A stretch of 64,000 bases of DNA from a virus. Shown in pieces: positions 25,301-32,187 of the stretch. The translations under genes were made by a program, and so were the position numbers. Below the pieces are notes generated by a model that worked only from the letters and a program-made list of their open reading frames with translations, searched no databases and was not told where the DNA came from. Position 1 is the stretch's first letter, and the number at the start of each line of letters is the position of its first letter. The stretch lies in the IMG/VR virus record IMGVR_UViG_3300023109_001684; one strand, written 5' to 3'.

Positions 25301-26000
25301 ACCTAAAATTGCATGGAGACAGTTCCAAGACATATTAAACAGAAATATGTATAAGAGACTAGACAATGCGTTAAATATAACTTTACAAACAGATTTACTT
25401 AACGATGATTTGCGTATTAATGTAGTAGATACATCGCAATTACCTGATCCAGACAGACGTAATAATATTCCAGGTGTTGTTTTCATTAATGGCGAAAGAA
25501 TAGAATATCTTGTAAAAGATAATAATTTGTTAAGACAGTTGCGTAGAGGTACATTAGGTACAGGTATTAAAGATATACATTATGCTGGTACAAAAATTGA
25601 ACCAGCAGGTAGAGAGAAAAATATTCCGTATGCTGACAAAACGCATGTACAAAATTTTATTGCAACACAGGGTCAAACAAATTTTGAATTAGACTTTGTA
25701 CCGAATAGTGTAAATGAATTTGAAGTATTTGCAGCTGGTAAACGGTTAAGAAAAACAGCATTAGAAAAATTTGTAATAGGATCAGAATTAGATTCGCCCG
25801 AAGGCGATATAACACTTGCTCCTGAATTTACATTATCGGGTAGTACATTAGTACTTTTAACCCCAATTGAAGAAGATAAACGAGTAACAATAATTAGAAA
25901 AACAGGTCAAATATGGGGTCCAACAGGAACTCCTATAAAAGACTTACAAAATGACATTGGAAATTTCTTGCGCGGAAGCATAAGTGAATTACCTGAATAA
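10377..26000 (+). CDS. Giant multidomain virion structural protein (baseplate wedge gp7-like position)
   Basis: Uninterrupted 5207-aa ORF coupled to gp6 by TAATG. N-terminal LLPKYFRT; FG-GAP-like propeller repeats, CBM5/12-like motifs, an E1-FCCH-like segment and GSGYTSAPTV-type repeats typical of large myovirus structural proteins. Confidence 0.75.
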   Translation: MAYNKNQSQSPVPLNSNENRKSVDLLPKYFRTNANQKILSSTIDQMLQPGVATKVEGYYGRKTAKSFRANDTYINDVSEQRQNRQLEPAAVVTDDLGNVQFYKDYPDYINQISNFNGNVSNQSLLNSQEYYSWNPNIDWDKFVNFREYYWLPYGAQTVNVAGENNTVQSTYVVTAEEQDDNTVYLFSPPGFTPNPDLRLFRGQKYIFEINTPGHPFSFNTNLNFADVQYEIEIDNTGTYRLLTAESAGESISSVYIESMKAFDLDGNEIPPVNVEEGTIELTVAYEAPDRLYYASKTSINTSGLVKVFDIEENTSIDINDIIGKKTYRSANGVEFTNGLKVEFVGEVSPTQYATGAWYVEGVGEKIKLINEDNLTIPAAYVDDIQIEFDSEGFDRMPFENANSFAGVKDYIVINRSSVDRNPWSRYNRWFHRDVIEKSAEYNGQPAVIDQTFRATRPIIEFEAGLKLYQYGTQAKNDIDLIDTITKDVFSTIEGSLGYNIDGVDISEGMRILFAADTDILVKNKIYKVNFITVQDKGRIISLIEEADTTPLENETLLITNGTLQKGTSWYYDGTDWKQGQDKTATNQQPLFDLFDDTGNSISDKELYTSSDFTGNSIFSYVQNTQEATDSELGFGLSYKNIENLGDILFDFSLITESYTYQNNTVLSTIKSNALYLKKFRDRTNFTNQNGWSKGRKLSQQAVIRQYIAGDQVNNFAVDVFDNSGLLLDLDVKVILNNNIQKKDLHYTIDIINDVAFIRFENDLSVDDVLQLNCYSSATANSNGYYELAHNLERNPLNDDMASFTLGEVIDHVGTIVQNTNQYNGNVYPGSSNLRDLGDVDRFGTRFVKHSGPINLPLFHITNKEANVVKAIRYSRLEYAKFKRLFLQTANNLGYDGPVKQTVDKIFSTINAEKNDSMPFYFTDMVPVSGYLRTEHNVSSSDTNYYALNEIFSITSLTEKAVLVYLNGLQLTHGKDYTFNDEGFVNITATKAPGDIIEIYEYESTDGCYVPATPTKLGLYPKYQPKIFTDNTYIEPVTMIQGHDGSIVKAYDDFRDDLILELELRIFNNLKQAYNTNLLDIHDFIGGEYRDTKFTKKAIDKSYTADFIQWTTLAGNPDYTSNEYYIEGNSFTYNYKTMISPQGNQLPGWWRQVYIQAYDTDRPHTHPWEMLGFTIEPKWWKDEYGPSPYTRSNTLLWEDLQNGIIRDPSSAIKSNKKYSRPGLVNHIPVDDTGVLLSPLESNFAQNYVAGPTKELFGYGDGNPAETAWRKSAEYPFAVLLSWVLNQPAKVLGIGFDISRIKRDLVGNLVSTKTNNCIRLKDIVFPNTVKDNTRQTTSGLVNFVYNYLASNTTSNYKSYQNLISNINNRISLKVGGFTEQEKFKLILDSRTPLNKGNVFVPQENYKVFLNSSSPVTTISYSGVIVEKQSNGFIIRGYDREKATFEYKQPFVRANDPSINIGGISETFVEWSERKQYVKSQNVRFSGSFYRCKESHVSGTTIDVEKFQQIATLPLIGGSSAILRREFTTRELSIPYGTLLKTRQEVIDFLLGYEASLVEKGFEFNYYNDELSQVSNWSLSVKEFLFWTTQNWAAGSVLSLSPAASEITFSKDYCVVDDIFDKFYDYSLFKSDGTRLDKSFTSIVRDNQNTFGILPKNTQDGIYHIKLPLVQKEHVVLLDNETVFGDVIYDQPAGYRQERIKVVGYKSDGWTGGLNIPGFVYDEAIVDEWTSYKDYSIGSLVKYKEFYYVSTIDLTGVEKFNENDWERLDERPQPKMYPNFDYRINQFADFYDLDSDNFDVEQQKHAQHLIGYQKRQYLQNIINDDVSQYKFYQGMIQDKGTINSLDKLFDALSSADKDSIDFYEEWAIRAGQYGATDNFNEVEFIIDEDKIKIDPTTVQLVKSIPANDTDDIYKIIPNDVYYRPKDYNHKPFPTTNAPHIGVKTSGYVNDKDVVYKVKIKADLLQSLPSSIGISDYVWITGTTEDWDVLQHITTDYHVTSIEGFTELVDAIDRSASPAVKITFDRTTNFIPGDIVGLQQVGNGNWGFYQIEEINNTVAIASVQDRTLVNDSENLNGYVSILRSVRASSLDEANLILEKFKLHDQVIWLDGTSNNDWKVIKRQETFTDYNVIDNPYLVATETNFSNSMATSLGNTNLLVGDETVEDGVVHFYSRASSSNNLRNMGELTPETSAVFGIGVTNANPGVVTATDHNLQSGELVRFKEVSGMTALNNLEFYANVINENTISMYSDVGLTQSIDTTSYGTFISGLILKSNGYSLKSNFGHDVAISPDGKLAVVGAPNATNISDNIKGDFREAGPVGVADAEYKTGDIVKYNENYWKAVRNIPAENNAIEFSTFDSYAFFEETIQPLPETLVINFPLKDDGITVDQLGSFEQKEIVNVQSNNVSAIVEDIQIILNGSGNKVGERLTLSSPTGDIQQGDQIVGKESGASGIINTLEEAAPVNINSRQLTLILQGNPYLPNSVTDHILVRAPLDQYRATKPQDKIVLGWNRYTGFNRASDQYTSTELFTNSISLNNTGQPDSNNKTYVAPRSSFINNEHEIIHKVDHVLYIVNPLIVPEVNDTVDCSTGSAKVVKVISKVDRLVVYITETNGFFPTDSTVSLESVVIGDYTQPNNTTNNGLGGFWYIAAEADGYYNGNEFSDLSKFGIPAYGLVYKDVLVYDETNDSYSSTNRFYYNSLDNVGATPNKEPGHLQILSHRGDAYDAVSGVRDIKDSRWIIRAPAAASFSEDDEFRVWINTEEGINDLSKLDGQTGDQVVLKVNNNEHNDLPHIVNDIWDGYIDILLTAKQTADIDVPSDIDTDISDYFEPSVGDYIEDGVTGARAQVVHYIKRNIADVRVYVKDITITNTGFQNRNDIRVDFTPYSLGRRPMGQIQKVSIAGTGHDSSLGKFLVVTASTAPKFYDSSENPAGYTPENYFNSNPSLFTFDPHPDSYGSTDATKDLNVFGYINKEYWIYSEKTDEAGATLSASYPASTNRDWTLTNNIPIIGTGTSGFYNNSGVFMVYTKAGTEWQRRGTYTVPVTTNNAEYNPASPQTTVEQLGKQVEISQEKDLYRIFVSSKDKVFVIKHGVDNNDIEYNFALDIDNRYRGTYSTLVPYAKDEIVLFEGNLYQSKTFSFAVPTTNTNNWILLDQNIQNNFFVPNTNVGNIYSDTLFDSVDTVLDFSKDMAVSEDGQVLVISIQTNTTSDADNKVVIYRLNSEGRYIWSQTLVAPTSNTQWASSIDVTPNGNTLVVGDPGNDDNGYDTGKVYVYTRIGTSFVLTDTLIGNETELARKFGTKVSATEDIIAISSFNGDITANTTYDDDTTILDNRFTKFVNTQIDSGSVTLYEKFDNGYIFAEELEYSNIKSSRFAETLLINRNHIYVGCAGQPASEDVINDGQVINYISPKGTKSWNVIRSANPVVDTTKIRKVFLYNRKTGQLVKNLDYVDIHQGKIPGPAEQELTFKSSIDLAKYNVTSDINIFNDTDNWESNYVGKLWWDISTARFHNHYQGEPLEQAQTWHSMISTYSIDVYEWVESSLLPSEWDAQADTPEGYAKGISGQTKYSDAAYSQKLTYDNVSKSFGTKYFYWVKNKLTIPSDQSRTISAGQVSSLIGNPKAQGYQFAALLSNDRFVLYNCQSLFKDDDIVLHVDYYTLDNQEQNIHTQYQLISQGLETSEPSAEISQKWIDSLVGYDVQGRHVPDNDLTVREKYGINYQPRQSWFINRHEALKQVVERANSVLKENIIVDDFDFTRLTSKDTPPSTYKREYDVVIDTIDDLQFVGTAKARPAIVDLIVNEGVVTRARILDRGRSYKDINGTLKGPSYNIVGAGSDLEIATTINNIDGSLASIEILNGGTNFEDTTQLLFRKLRVLVNNDETANGRWSIYEWNHIDLIWERVQVQSYNTGNYWNYTNWFAAGYNQFTTINHLVSQSYELENVDDRIGDITKISNIGSGGWLLLQKTADTGSRNYTDDYTTIGRENGTIEIDPAVYTVSTNASGFDSFTFDGNFYDNEPNVEIRNILDALRYDILVDNLRSEYNELFFSSIRYVLSEQPNVDWVFKTSFVKAKHNVGELREDITFNNDNLPSYNEYIEEVKPYKTNIREYLSSYERTDNTNTLTSDFDVPPIYQDGKIVPSNLKVRGNQFIGSEGRFNEYPDKNWYDNAGYKITSVEIYDGGNSYTYPPKVIFEGGGGTGAVAHSYIARGKVNKIEITNPGSGYTSAPTVILEGSVQDGGETAIATAILGETLTKTMHVAMKFDRTSKTFVYNVLPEIETFTGTAAKLVFDLKYPMDLRTNKLEIIIDGEKQLRSQYTYENVKDTTKSYTRSLGRINFVTPPALNSVITVSYSKDVSMLNAADRVTNFYDPTTGMLGAELSQVMTGIDFGGVEVRSFDFDTESGWDTDGWFTTPWDTYDNTYEDHVFYADGTTIIIELDSALEDGVTYNIYRNGVRIDDSNYPANPTNPNAIMTSIVGDGQQTLINLAELGIDLNTDDILIVRKITSEGTVNPDTDSYDTQLSGGQLNYGNAGGTASEDIIVDGDLFVTPNNAAGTEELVAGQVLDTVDIKVFERSGTGTGQIYSQNFITDGTTVYDLVIQPNSPDAVIVKINSNIVHDYTIDLKQNTLTFTSAPTVDQLLTILTIGKNGQNILDIDSHVADGSTTIFETSVAWQDDLQIVTTIDGEAHSPEAVNARKSANNRVEFEFTVSTEAGSTLEYEIYSNKDEINYSKVAKSVLVATGGTKTYTLPVTPLYSKPEGFYTIVEVDNKVLMPGYSRQFTIDSPLTREYEFEKFQVAVSTLQPSLLKVYLNDTLLNQGTQYLVNIGNSSIILDPGILKLGDKLELFTMDLADYIIEGNVLTFTDNFAGPQQDDIINVYTFSNHGVNEIERYSYTALARSSLTVGTDEFTRFHSILGGKIRLNDPAIASQYVWTIINGELLQPNVDYSLSDDKQHVILNTQLTENDTVDVIHFSAPLSTPKIAWRQFQDILNRNMYKRLDNALNITLQTDLLNDDLRINVVDTSQLPDPDRRNNIPGVVFINGERIEYLVKDNNLLRQLRRGTLGTGIKDIHYAGTKIEPAGREKNIPYADKTHVQNFIATQGQTNFELDFVPNSVNEFEVFAAGKRLRKTALEKFVIGSELDSPEGDITLAPEFTLSGSTLVLLTPIEEDKRVTIIRKTGQIWGPTGTPIKDLQNDIGNFLRGSISELPE

Positions 26001-26003
26001 ATA
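25997..26003 (+). promoter_or_regulatory. Putative T4-late-like promoter box (ATAAATA)
   Basis: AATAAATAC overlapping the stop of the giant ORF, followed by AGGAG RBS and ATG at 26027. Confidence 0.55.
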
Positions 26004-26026
26004 CACTAGCAGGAGTAAACAAACTA

Positions 26027-26638
26027 ATGATTAATGAAAACAGTGGCGTATATTTACAAGGACATATAAAGATTCACAATCCTGAATCTGGTGAAGTTTT
26101 TGTAGACAAAAAGAACGCAATACATTACGAAAATATGAGTATTGCATTAGCAGAGAGTTTGGGCAATTCAGGACAAGGCCCAATCGCAGAGATGAGCTTT
26201 GGTAATGGCGGTACAAATGTTGACCCAACCGGAATTATTACATATTTGACACCAAATAGTACCGGCACAAATGCAGGATTATATAACCAAACATTTACAA
26301 AAATTGTAGATGATAGAAATAAGAATAATATTGATCCTACTAGAAACAAAATTGAAACTAGACACTTAAATGGTACAAACTATACTGATATTTTAGTTAC
26401 ATGTTTACTTGATTATGGTGAACCAGATGGACAAGATGCTTTTGATACTGCCACTGATCAAGATGCGCTTTATGTCTTTGACGAATTAGGATTACGTTCT
26501 ACAAGTTCTACAGGAAGTTTAGGCGGAGGTAGACTGCTTACCCACGTTGTTTTTCATCCTGTACAAAAATCATTAAACAGACTTATACAAATTGATTATA
26601 CTGTTAGAGTGCAAAGTCTAAGCGGAGGTAATTCGTAA
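26027..26638 (+). CDS. Putative baseplate/tail-fibre attachment structural protein
   Basis: 203 aa with AGGAG RBS, between the wedge and fibre genes; FDELGL...LLTHVVFHPVQKS C-terminus. Function inferred from context. Confidence 0.55.
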   Translation: MINENSGVYLQGHIKIHNPESGEVFVDKKNAIHYENMSIALAESLGNSGQGPIAEMSFGNGGTNVDPTGIITYLTPNSTGTNAGLYNQTFTKIVDDRNKNNIDPTRNKIETRHLNGTNYTDILVTCLLDYGEPDGQDAFDTATDQDALYVFDELGLRSTSSTGSLGGGRLLTHVVFHPVQKSLNRLIQIDYTVRVQSLSGGNS

Positions 26639-28728
26639 TGCCTTATACCGTTAGATTTACTGACAACATTAATAAGGGTGAGCTCATTGTTGAAGACAGA
26701 GAAATTAATACTGATACAAGTTTAAGATTTCCTGGAAAACAAAGTACAAGTTACGGCCAAGATATTGCTGAAAACTTTTTACACTTATTAGAAAACTTTG
26801 CTGCACCAAATCCACCAGCTAATCCTGCTGAAGGACAAGTTTGGTATGATAATTCGACAACTGTTAATCAACTTAAAGTTTATGATGGAACAAACTGGGT
26901 TGCAAGCGGCGGCGTTAAAAAAGGTAATAATCAACCTGATATAGATACTAGTATCAAAGGCGACCTTTGGGTTGATACTGCTAACCAACAATTATATCTT
27001 AATAATGGCGGAGCATGGATATTAGTAGGACCTGAATTTAGTCAAGGGCTTGCTACAGGTGTAAGAGCAGAGCAAATTTTAGGAACAGATGACCGATTAT
27101 ACACAATATTAAGAATTGAAGTTGATAATAATCCAGTAGCAATTGTTTCGCAACAAGGATTTACACCAAAAGTTACAATTAGAGGATTTACAAAATTAAG
27201 TCCTGGGTACAATTTAAGCACAAGAAATTTTGAAAATGGTGTACCTAAATACAACGGTATTGCACAAAGTGCAGAATCCCTTGTTATAAGCAATTCTAAT
27301 GTTCCTGCTGAAAATTTCCTTAGAGGAGATGTTAACAGCACAAGTACTAGTACCTTGAAAATCAAGAATAACCAAGGTATTACTGTAGGTGAAAACGGAC
27401 AAGTTACTATAGGCGCAGCAAATGATCGTGCTTTGATACGAAATAACTTTACAGGTGCAAGTATAGACGTACAACTTAAAGAAGCGTCAGGTAATTACAA
27501 AACTATAATTCGAACAATTAATGATTCTGTAGGTATTGCTAATGAAGATCCGCAAGCAACTTTAGATGTTTCGGGAGATTTAAAGGTTTTAACTAATGTT
27601 AGTATTTCTGGAACAGACGATGCTGACGTACTATTTAATGATGATTATTCCTCAGGAGCATTAGTGTTAGCTGGCGGCGCAAGCATTGCAGGTAATATGA
27701 AAGTAGCAGGAGATACAACATTTGCATCACAGATAAAAGTTGCAGGTAACATATCTACTGATCCTGATTTAGATGCTGCTAGTCTTCCTACTTTAACTGG
27801 ATTTAGTTTAATCGAAGCAACTAGATTCTCAGGAGTATTTGACGGTACATTTGAAGGTACAGTTACAGGTGCTTCGTCAGAGGCATCAAAACTAACAAAC
27901 GCAACTGAATTTAGGATGTTAGGTGATGTTAGTTCTGAATCGTTTACATTTGACGGAGCAGGATCGCTTATTAAAACATTTACTACAAGTATTGCTCCAG
28001 GATTTGTTTCTGATAAACCACTGACAGATACAGTTGAAACTAGTGACGAAATATTAATTAATAGAGTAGTAGGAGATCAAGACGGTCTACATAGGATTAC
28101 ACAAGCTAATCTTATTTCTACTGTACCAAGAAATCCTGTTGGTATGATTGTTCCATTTGCTGGATTAATAGCTCCAGCGGGATGGTTAATTTGCGATGGT
28201 AGAGAAATACAAATACAAGTATACCAAGAATTATTTAGTATTATACAATATAATTTTAAAGATGCAAGTCAGCTAGTAAATTCTTTAGCAACACATTTTG
28301 CATTACCAGATTTTAGAGGAAGATTTTTACTAGGTGCAGATACAATGGGCGGCGTCCCGGCACAAACAACACAGAATGTTGCTGCAAGTTTTGTAGGCGG
28401 AAAAGCAGGCACTGAGAGTAAAACAATTAAGAAAAATAACTTACCTGCACACGAACACAGTTTAGTTTCACCGGGCGGCATACAACATTATGCTATTAGA
28501 GATGATTTACCGGCTGAAGAGGATCAAAGTAATAACGTTCCGTCATTAAGTATACCAACAGGTGCAGAAAACGTAAGTGGTATACCATCATCAGGTCAAA
28601 TCCGAGGCGGCGGTATAGATGCTAATGATCAATATAACACTGTAGATAACGAACTCGTAGGTAGAAACTTAGATATTATGCCTCCCTATGCAACTGTTAA
28701 TTATATTATATTTGCAAACAAGGAATAA
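26638..28728 (+). CDS. Tail fibre protein with phage tail-collar domain
   Basis: PVGMIVPFAG..APAGWLICDG...YQELFSII...FALPDFRGRFLLG collar motif and NLDIMPPYATVNYII end; N-terminal ENFLHLLENFA..GQVWYD shared with the next two genes. Confidence 0.8.
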   Translation: MPYTVRFTDNINKGELIVEDREINTDTSLRFPGKQSTSYGQDIAENFLHLLENFAAPNPPANPAEGQVWYDNSTTVNQLKVYDGTNWVASGGVKKGNNQPDIDTSIKGDLWVDTANQQLYLNNGGAWILVGPEFSQGLATGVRAEQILGTDDRLYTILRIEVDNNPVAIVSQQGFTPKVTIRGFTKLSPGYNLSTRNFENGVPKYNGIAQSAESLVISNSNVPAENFLRGDVNSTSTSTLKIKNNQGITVGENGQVTIGAANDRALIRNNFTGASIDVQLKEASGNYKTIIRTINDSVGIANEDPQATLDVSGDLKVLTNVSISGTDDADVLFNDDYSSGALVLAGGASIAGNMKVAGDTTFASQIKVAGNISTDPDLDAASLPTLTGFSLIEATRFSGVFDGTFEGTVTGASSEASKLTNATEFRMLGDVSSESFTFDGAGSLIKTFTTSIAPGFVSDKPLTDTVETSDEILINRVVGDQDGLHRITQANLISTVPRNPVGMIVPFAGLIAPAGWLICDGREIQIQVYQELFSIIQYNFKDASQLVNSLATHFALPDFRGRFLLGADTMGGVPAQTTQNVAASFVGGKAGTESKTIKKNNLPAHEHSLVSPGGIQHYAIRDDLPAEEDQSNNVPSLSIPTGAENVSGIPSSGQIRGGGIDANDQYNTVDNELVGRNLDIMPPYATVNYIIFANKE

Positions 28729-28738
28729 GGAAAAATAA

Positions 28739-30595
28739 ATGGCATATCAAGTAAACAAAACAGACGGTACACTACTTGTAGATTTAATCGACGGGATTAT
28801 TGATACAAGTACTACAGATTTAAGTTTAGTAGGTAGAAACTACAAAGGATATGGTGAATCTTTCAATGAAAACTTTGTAAAACTTTTAGAAAATTTTTCT
28901 AATCCAAACGAACCAGTAAGTCCAATACAAGGACAACTTTGGTATGATACTAGCGAAAACAAACTTAAAATTTATGACGGAACAGTATTTCAAAGTGCTG
29001 CGGGTAGTTACATCAGTAACTTACAACCTAGCGGTGCTATACAAGGAGATACTTGGTACGATACAACAAAAAATCAATTTTACTTATACTCTGGTTTAGA
29101 GTGGACATTAATAGGTCCATCTTATACTAAAAATCAAGGGCAAACAGGTGTATTTGCAGACACTATATTTGATAGCGGACTACGAGGACGCACAGTATTA
29201 AAACTTTTTGTAAACAATTCCTTACAAGCAGTAATAAGTGCAGGCACAGACTTCAATCCTAACCCTTTACCTGGAAACATAATTTCTGAATTAGTAACAG
29301 AGTCTAATCCTGCAGGAACTATTAAACGTGGAGTAAATATTCTTCCTAGTACTAGTGACACAATTGATGATTTTAAGTTTAGAGGAACATCTCTTAACTC
29401 TGAAAATTTAGTTAGTGCTGTAGGAGAAATTATTCCTGAATCTAGACTGTTGAAGAATGACGAAAATGGAGTAATTCAAGGTAGTTTAGAACTGCAATCA
29501 AGCCAAGGATTAACAGTAGGTGTTAACGGCGAAACAACACATGTTATTGAAAATGGTTATACTATACGAAATACTAGAGCAAATCAAGATTTTAATATTG
29601 TAGTTAACTCTAGTGGCGGCGTGTTAACATCTTTAAGTCAGTCAAACGCATTAACTATTAAATCTAACACACAACGAGTTGGTATTTTTAACGGTAATCC
29701 TAGCTATAACTTAGATGTTACTGGAGACGTGCGTGTTACTGGAAACTTAACAGTTGAAGGCGATAGCGTAACAACTAATGTCGAAACTGTAGAAGTTGAG
29801 GACAAAAACATTGTACTTGGTAACGTTACTACTCCTACAGATCTTACAGCAGCAGATGGCGGCATTACGTTAAAAGGTGCTACTGACAAAACTTTTAATT
29901 GGGTAAACGGCAGCGATAGTTGGACGTCAAGTGAAAATATTGATTTAGCAAACAATAAATCTTACAAAATTAATAATGTTAATATTTTATCACAAACAAC
30001 AATAGCAAGTAGTGTTGTTAACAGTAATCTACAAAACTTAGGCACACTAACACAACTAAATGTTGACACTACTAGAATAGACGGAAGTACACTGTCAAGA
30101 TCGTCTGGTACAGGATTTACAATAAACGTAGGCGGCGACATTGATGTTTCTGCTAGTAAAATTACAAATTTATTAACACCAACAGCCGGTGCAGACGCAA
30201 CTAATAAAACCTACGTAGATACACAAAACTTAACACAGCGAATTATATTTGGACTTGATACAACAGGTTGGGCATCAACAACAAACGATCAGATAATTTT
30301 ATTGCTAACTAATTTATATCCTGTGGCACAAGTAAACAACGGTAAACAAGCAAGAGTAGCTTGTACATTCTATGGTAACCAAACTACTGATCCGATAAAC
30401 ATATCAGGATCTACAGTAGTAAGTACTGTAGATGTTGAGCCTGTAGGTGGCACAGGAAGTCCAGTTACAGTAGTACAAGGTATTACATTACCAAATTCAC
30501 TTACAACAGCAGTAACGCTAGTAGTTTCACGAGAAACTAGAGCATTTATTGTTGCTAACGGAGTATGGACAGTAGATGCAAGTCCTAGTCCATAA
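28739..30595 (+). CDS. Tail fibre-related structural protein
   Basis: N-terminus paralogous to neighbours (ENFVKLLENFS..GQLWYD); DKNIVLG..GGITLKGATDKTFNW and DATNKTYVD fibre-type motifs. Confidence 0.7.
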   Translation: MAYQVNKTDGTLLVDLIDGIIDTSTTDLSLVGRNYKGYGESFNENFVKLLENFSNPNEPVSPIQGQLWYDTSENKLKIYDGTVFQSAAGSYISNLQPSGAIQGDTWYDTTKNQFYLYSGLEWTLIGPSYTKNQGQTGVFADTIFDSGLRGRTVLKLFVNNSLQAVISAGTDFNPNPLPGNIISELVTESNPAGTIKRGVNILPSTSDTIDDFKFRGTSLNSENLVSAVGEIIPESRLLKNDENGVIQGSLELQSSQGLTVGVNGETTHVIENGYTIRNTRANQDFNIVVNSSGGVLTSLSQSNALTIKSNTQRVGIFNGNPSYNLDVTGDVRVTGNLTVEGDSVTTNVETVEVEDKNIVLGNVTTPTDLTAADGGITLKGATDKTFNWVNGSDSWTSSENIDLANNKSYKINNVNILSQTTIASSVVNSNLQNLGTLTQLNVDTTRIDGSTLSRSSGTGFTINVGGDIDVSASKITNLLTPTAGADATNKTYVDTQNLTQRIIFGLDTTGWASTTNDQIILLLTNLYPVAQVNNGKQARVACTFYGNQTTDPINISGSTVVSTVDVEPVGGTGSPVTVVQGITLPNSLTTAVTLVVSRETRAFIVANGVWTVDASPSP

Positions 30596-30598
30596 TGA

Positions 30599-30605
30599 AT
30601 AAATA
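30599..30605 (+). promoter_or_regulatory. Putative T4-late-like promoter box (ATAAATA)
   Basis: AATAAATA in the 41-bp gap before the 494-aa gene; AGGGG RBS downstream. Confidence 0.5.
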
Positions 30606-30636
30606 TACATAGTAAACATATTAGGGGAAGCACGAA

Positions 30637-32121
30637 ATGGCTTATCAAATTGATAGATTTAACAGGACACCACTTGTTACAGTTCAAGACGGTACTTTGG
30701 ATGAAACAACAGATATAAAATTTGTTGGTAAAAACTACGCTGGATACGGCGAAATACACAATGAAAACTTTTTGTTTTTATTAGAAAATTTTGCAGGAGC
30801 AAATGAGCCACCTAAACCATTAAGCGGTCAAGTTTGGTATGATAGCTCTAGCGATAAAATGAAGTTTAGAGATGGTAACAGCAGTTGGAGAACAATTGGT
30901 GGTTCTCAGACAAGTTCTACACAACCGACAGGACTTGCACAAGGTGATTTTTGGTGGGATACTGCTAACGATCAGTTATATGTTTACAACAGTACAGAAT
31001 TTATTTTAATTGGTCCACAAGGAGCAGGCGAAAATACTACTCAAATGGTTAGTAAAACTGTTTTAGATACTTCAGATATAGCCAAAGCAGTAATTATTTC
31101 AACTGTAAATAATGTTCCAATTTCTGTATTCTCCCCTGAAACATTTACAATTAAAAACGTTGCTGGAAATACCATTGATGGATTTACTGTAGTAAGACAA
31201 GGTATTACATTACGTGATTCAGATGGTGCTACAGGCGAAACTACTTCGGCATATAGATTCCACGGTACAGCAACTGATACTGATAGATTACAAGGTTTAT
31301 CAGCATCAAGTTTTGTACAATCTGGAGATCCAACATTTGATCAACTTATTGAAGCATCACAAGGAATGATTATAGACGGAGTGTTTAGTTTAACTACTGA
31401 AGCTGGCGCCGCAAATGATACAGGCGTAATTAAAAACACTAGTGGCGCTTCTAACGAAATTAAATTTATAACACAAAATGCATCAAGCAACAATGTACAT
31501 TCTTTAACAATAACAAGTGCTGGATTAACACCTGCTGTTACTGAAACATTTAATATAGGTGAAACTAACTTAAAATTTGATGAAGTACATGCAGTTTCGT
31601 TTAAGGGCATTGCAGATAATGCAAATCAATTACGTAACGGGAATACAGGTAGTGCTTATACATATGCTTCTGAATCATCTACAGGTGGCACAATTGCAAT
31701 TAGAACAGCCGACAATAAAATACTTGCAGATGTATTTGAAGGTGTAGCAACAAGTGCTAGATTTGCTGACTTGGCAGAGAAATATACTACTGGAGAAACA
31801 CATCCAGTAGGAACAGTTATGCACGTATGCGAAGATGTCGCACATGAAATTGCTCCGTGTTTACTAGATAGTTTTCCAGTAGGCGTTATATCAGAAAATC
31901 CTGCTTATTTAATGAATAGCGAATCAAGCGGACAAGCAATTGCGTTAGAAGGACGTGTTCCGGTAAGATGTATTGGCGAAGTTCGAAAAGGTCAAATTGT
32001 CTATGTAGATGCTGATGGTACTGCTAGTACTAAGTATAATGGAAATCCTAGAGTTGGTGTTGCATTAGAAACCAGTTTAGATATAGCTGAAAAGCTAGTT
32101 GAGTGTATTTTAAAGTTATAA
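30637..32121 (+). CDS. Tail fibre-related protein with C-terminal peptidase G2-like intramolecular chaperone/autocleavage domain
   Basis: N-terminus paralogous (ENFLFLLENFA..GQVWYD); C-terminal FADLAEKY...VGVISENPAYLMN...IALEGRVPVRCIG. Confidence 0.7.
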   Translation: MAYQIDRFNRTPLVTVQDGTLDETTDIKFVGKNYAGYGEIHNENFLFLLENFAGANEPPKPLSGQVWYDSSSDKMKFRDGNSSWRTIGGSQTSSTQPTGLAQGDFWWDTANDQLYVYNSTEFILIGPQGAGENTTQMVSKTVLDTSDIAKAVIISTVNNVPISVFSPETFTIKNVAGNTIDGFTVVRQGITLRDSDGATGETTSAYRFHGTATDTDRLQGLSASSFVQSGDPTFDQLIEASQGMIIDGVFSLTTEAGAANDTGVIKNTSGASNEIKFITQNASSNNVHSLTITSAGLTPAVTETFNIGETNLKFDEVHAVSFKGIADNANQLRNGNTGSAYTYASESSTGGTIAIRTADNKILADVFEGVATSARFADLAEKYTTGETHPVGTVMHVCEDVAHEIAPCLLDSFPVGVISENPAYLMNSESSGQAIALEGRVPVRCIGEVRKGQIVYVDADGTASTKYNGNPRVGVALETSLDIAEKLVECILKL

Positions 32122-32141
32122 ATTTGACAGACTAATTTTTG

Positions 32142-32148
32142 ATAAATA
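32142..32148 (+). promoter_or_regulatory. Putative T4-late-like promoter box (ATAAATA)
   Basis: GATAAATAC in the gap before the 920-aa gene; GAGG RBS downstream. Confidence 0.5.
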
Positions 32149-32187
32149 CTCATAGTAAGGTGATAACCGAATTTATGAGGACAACCA

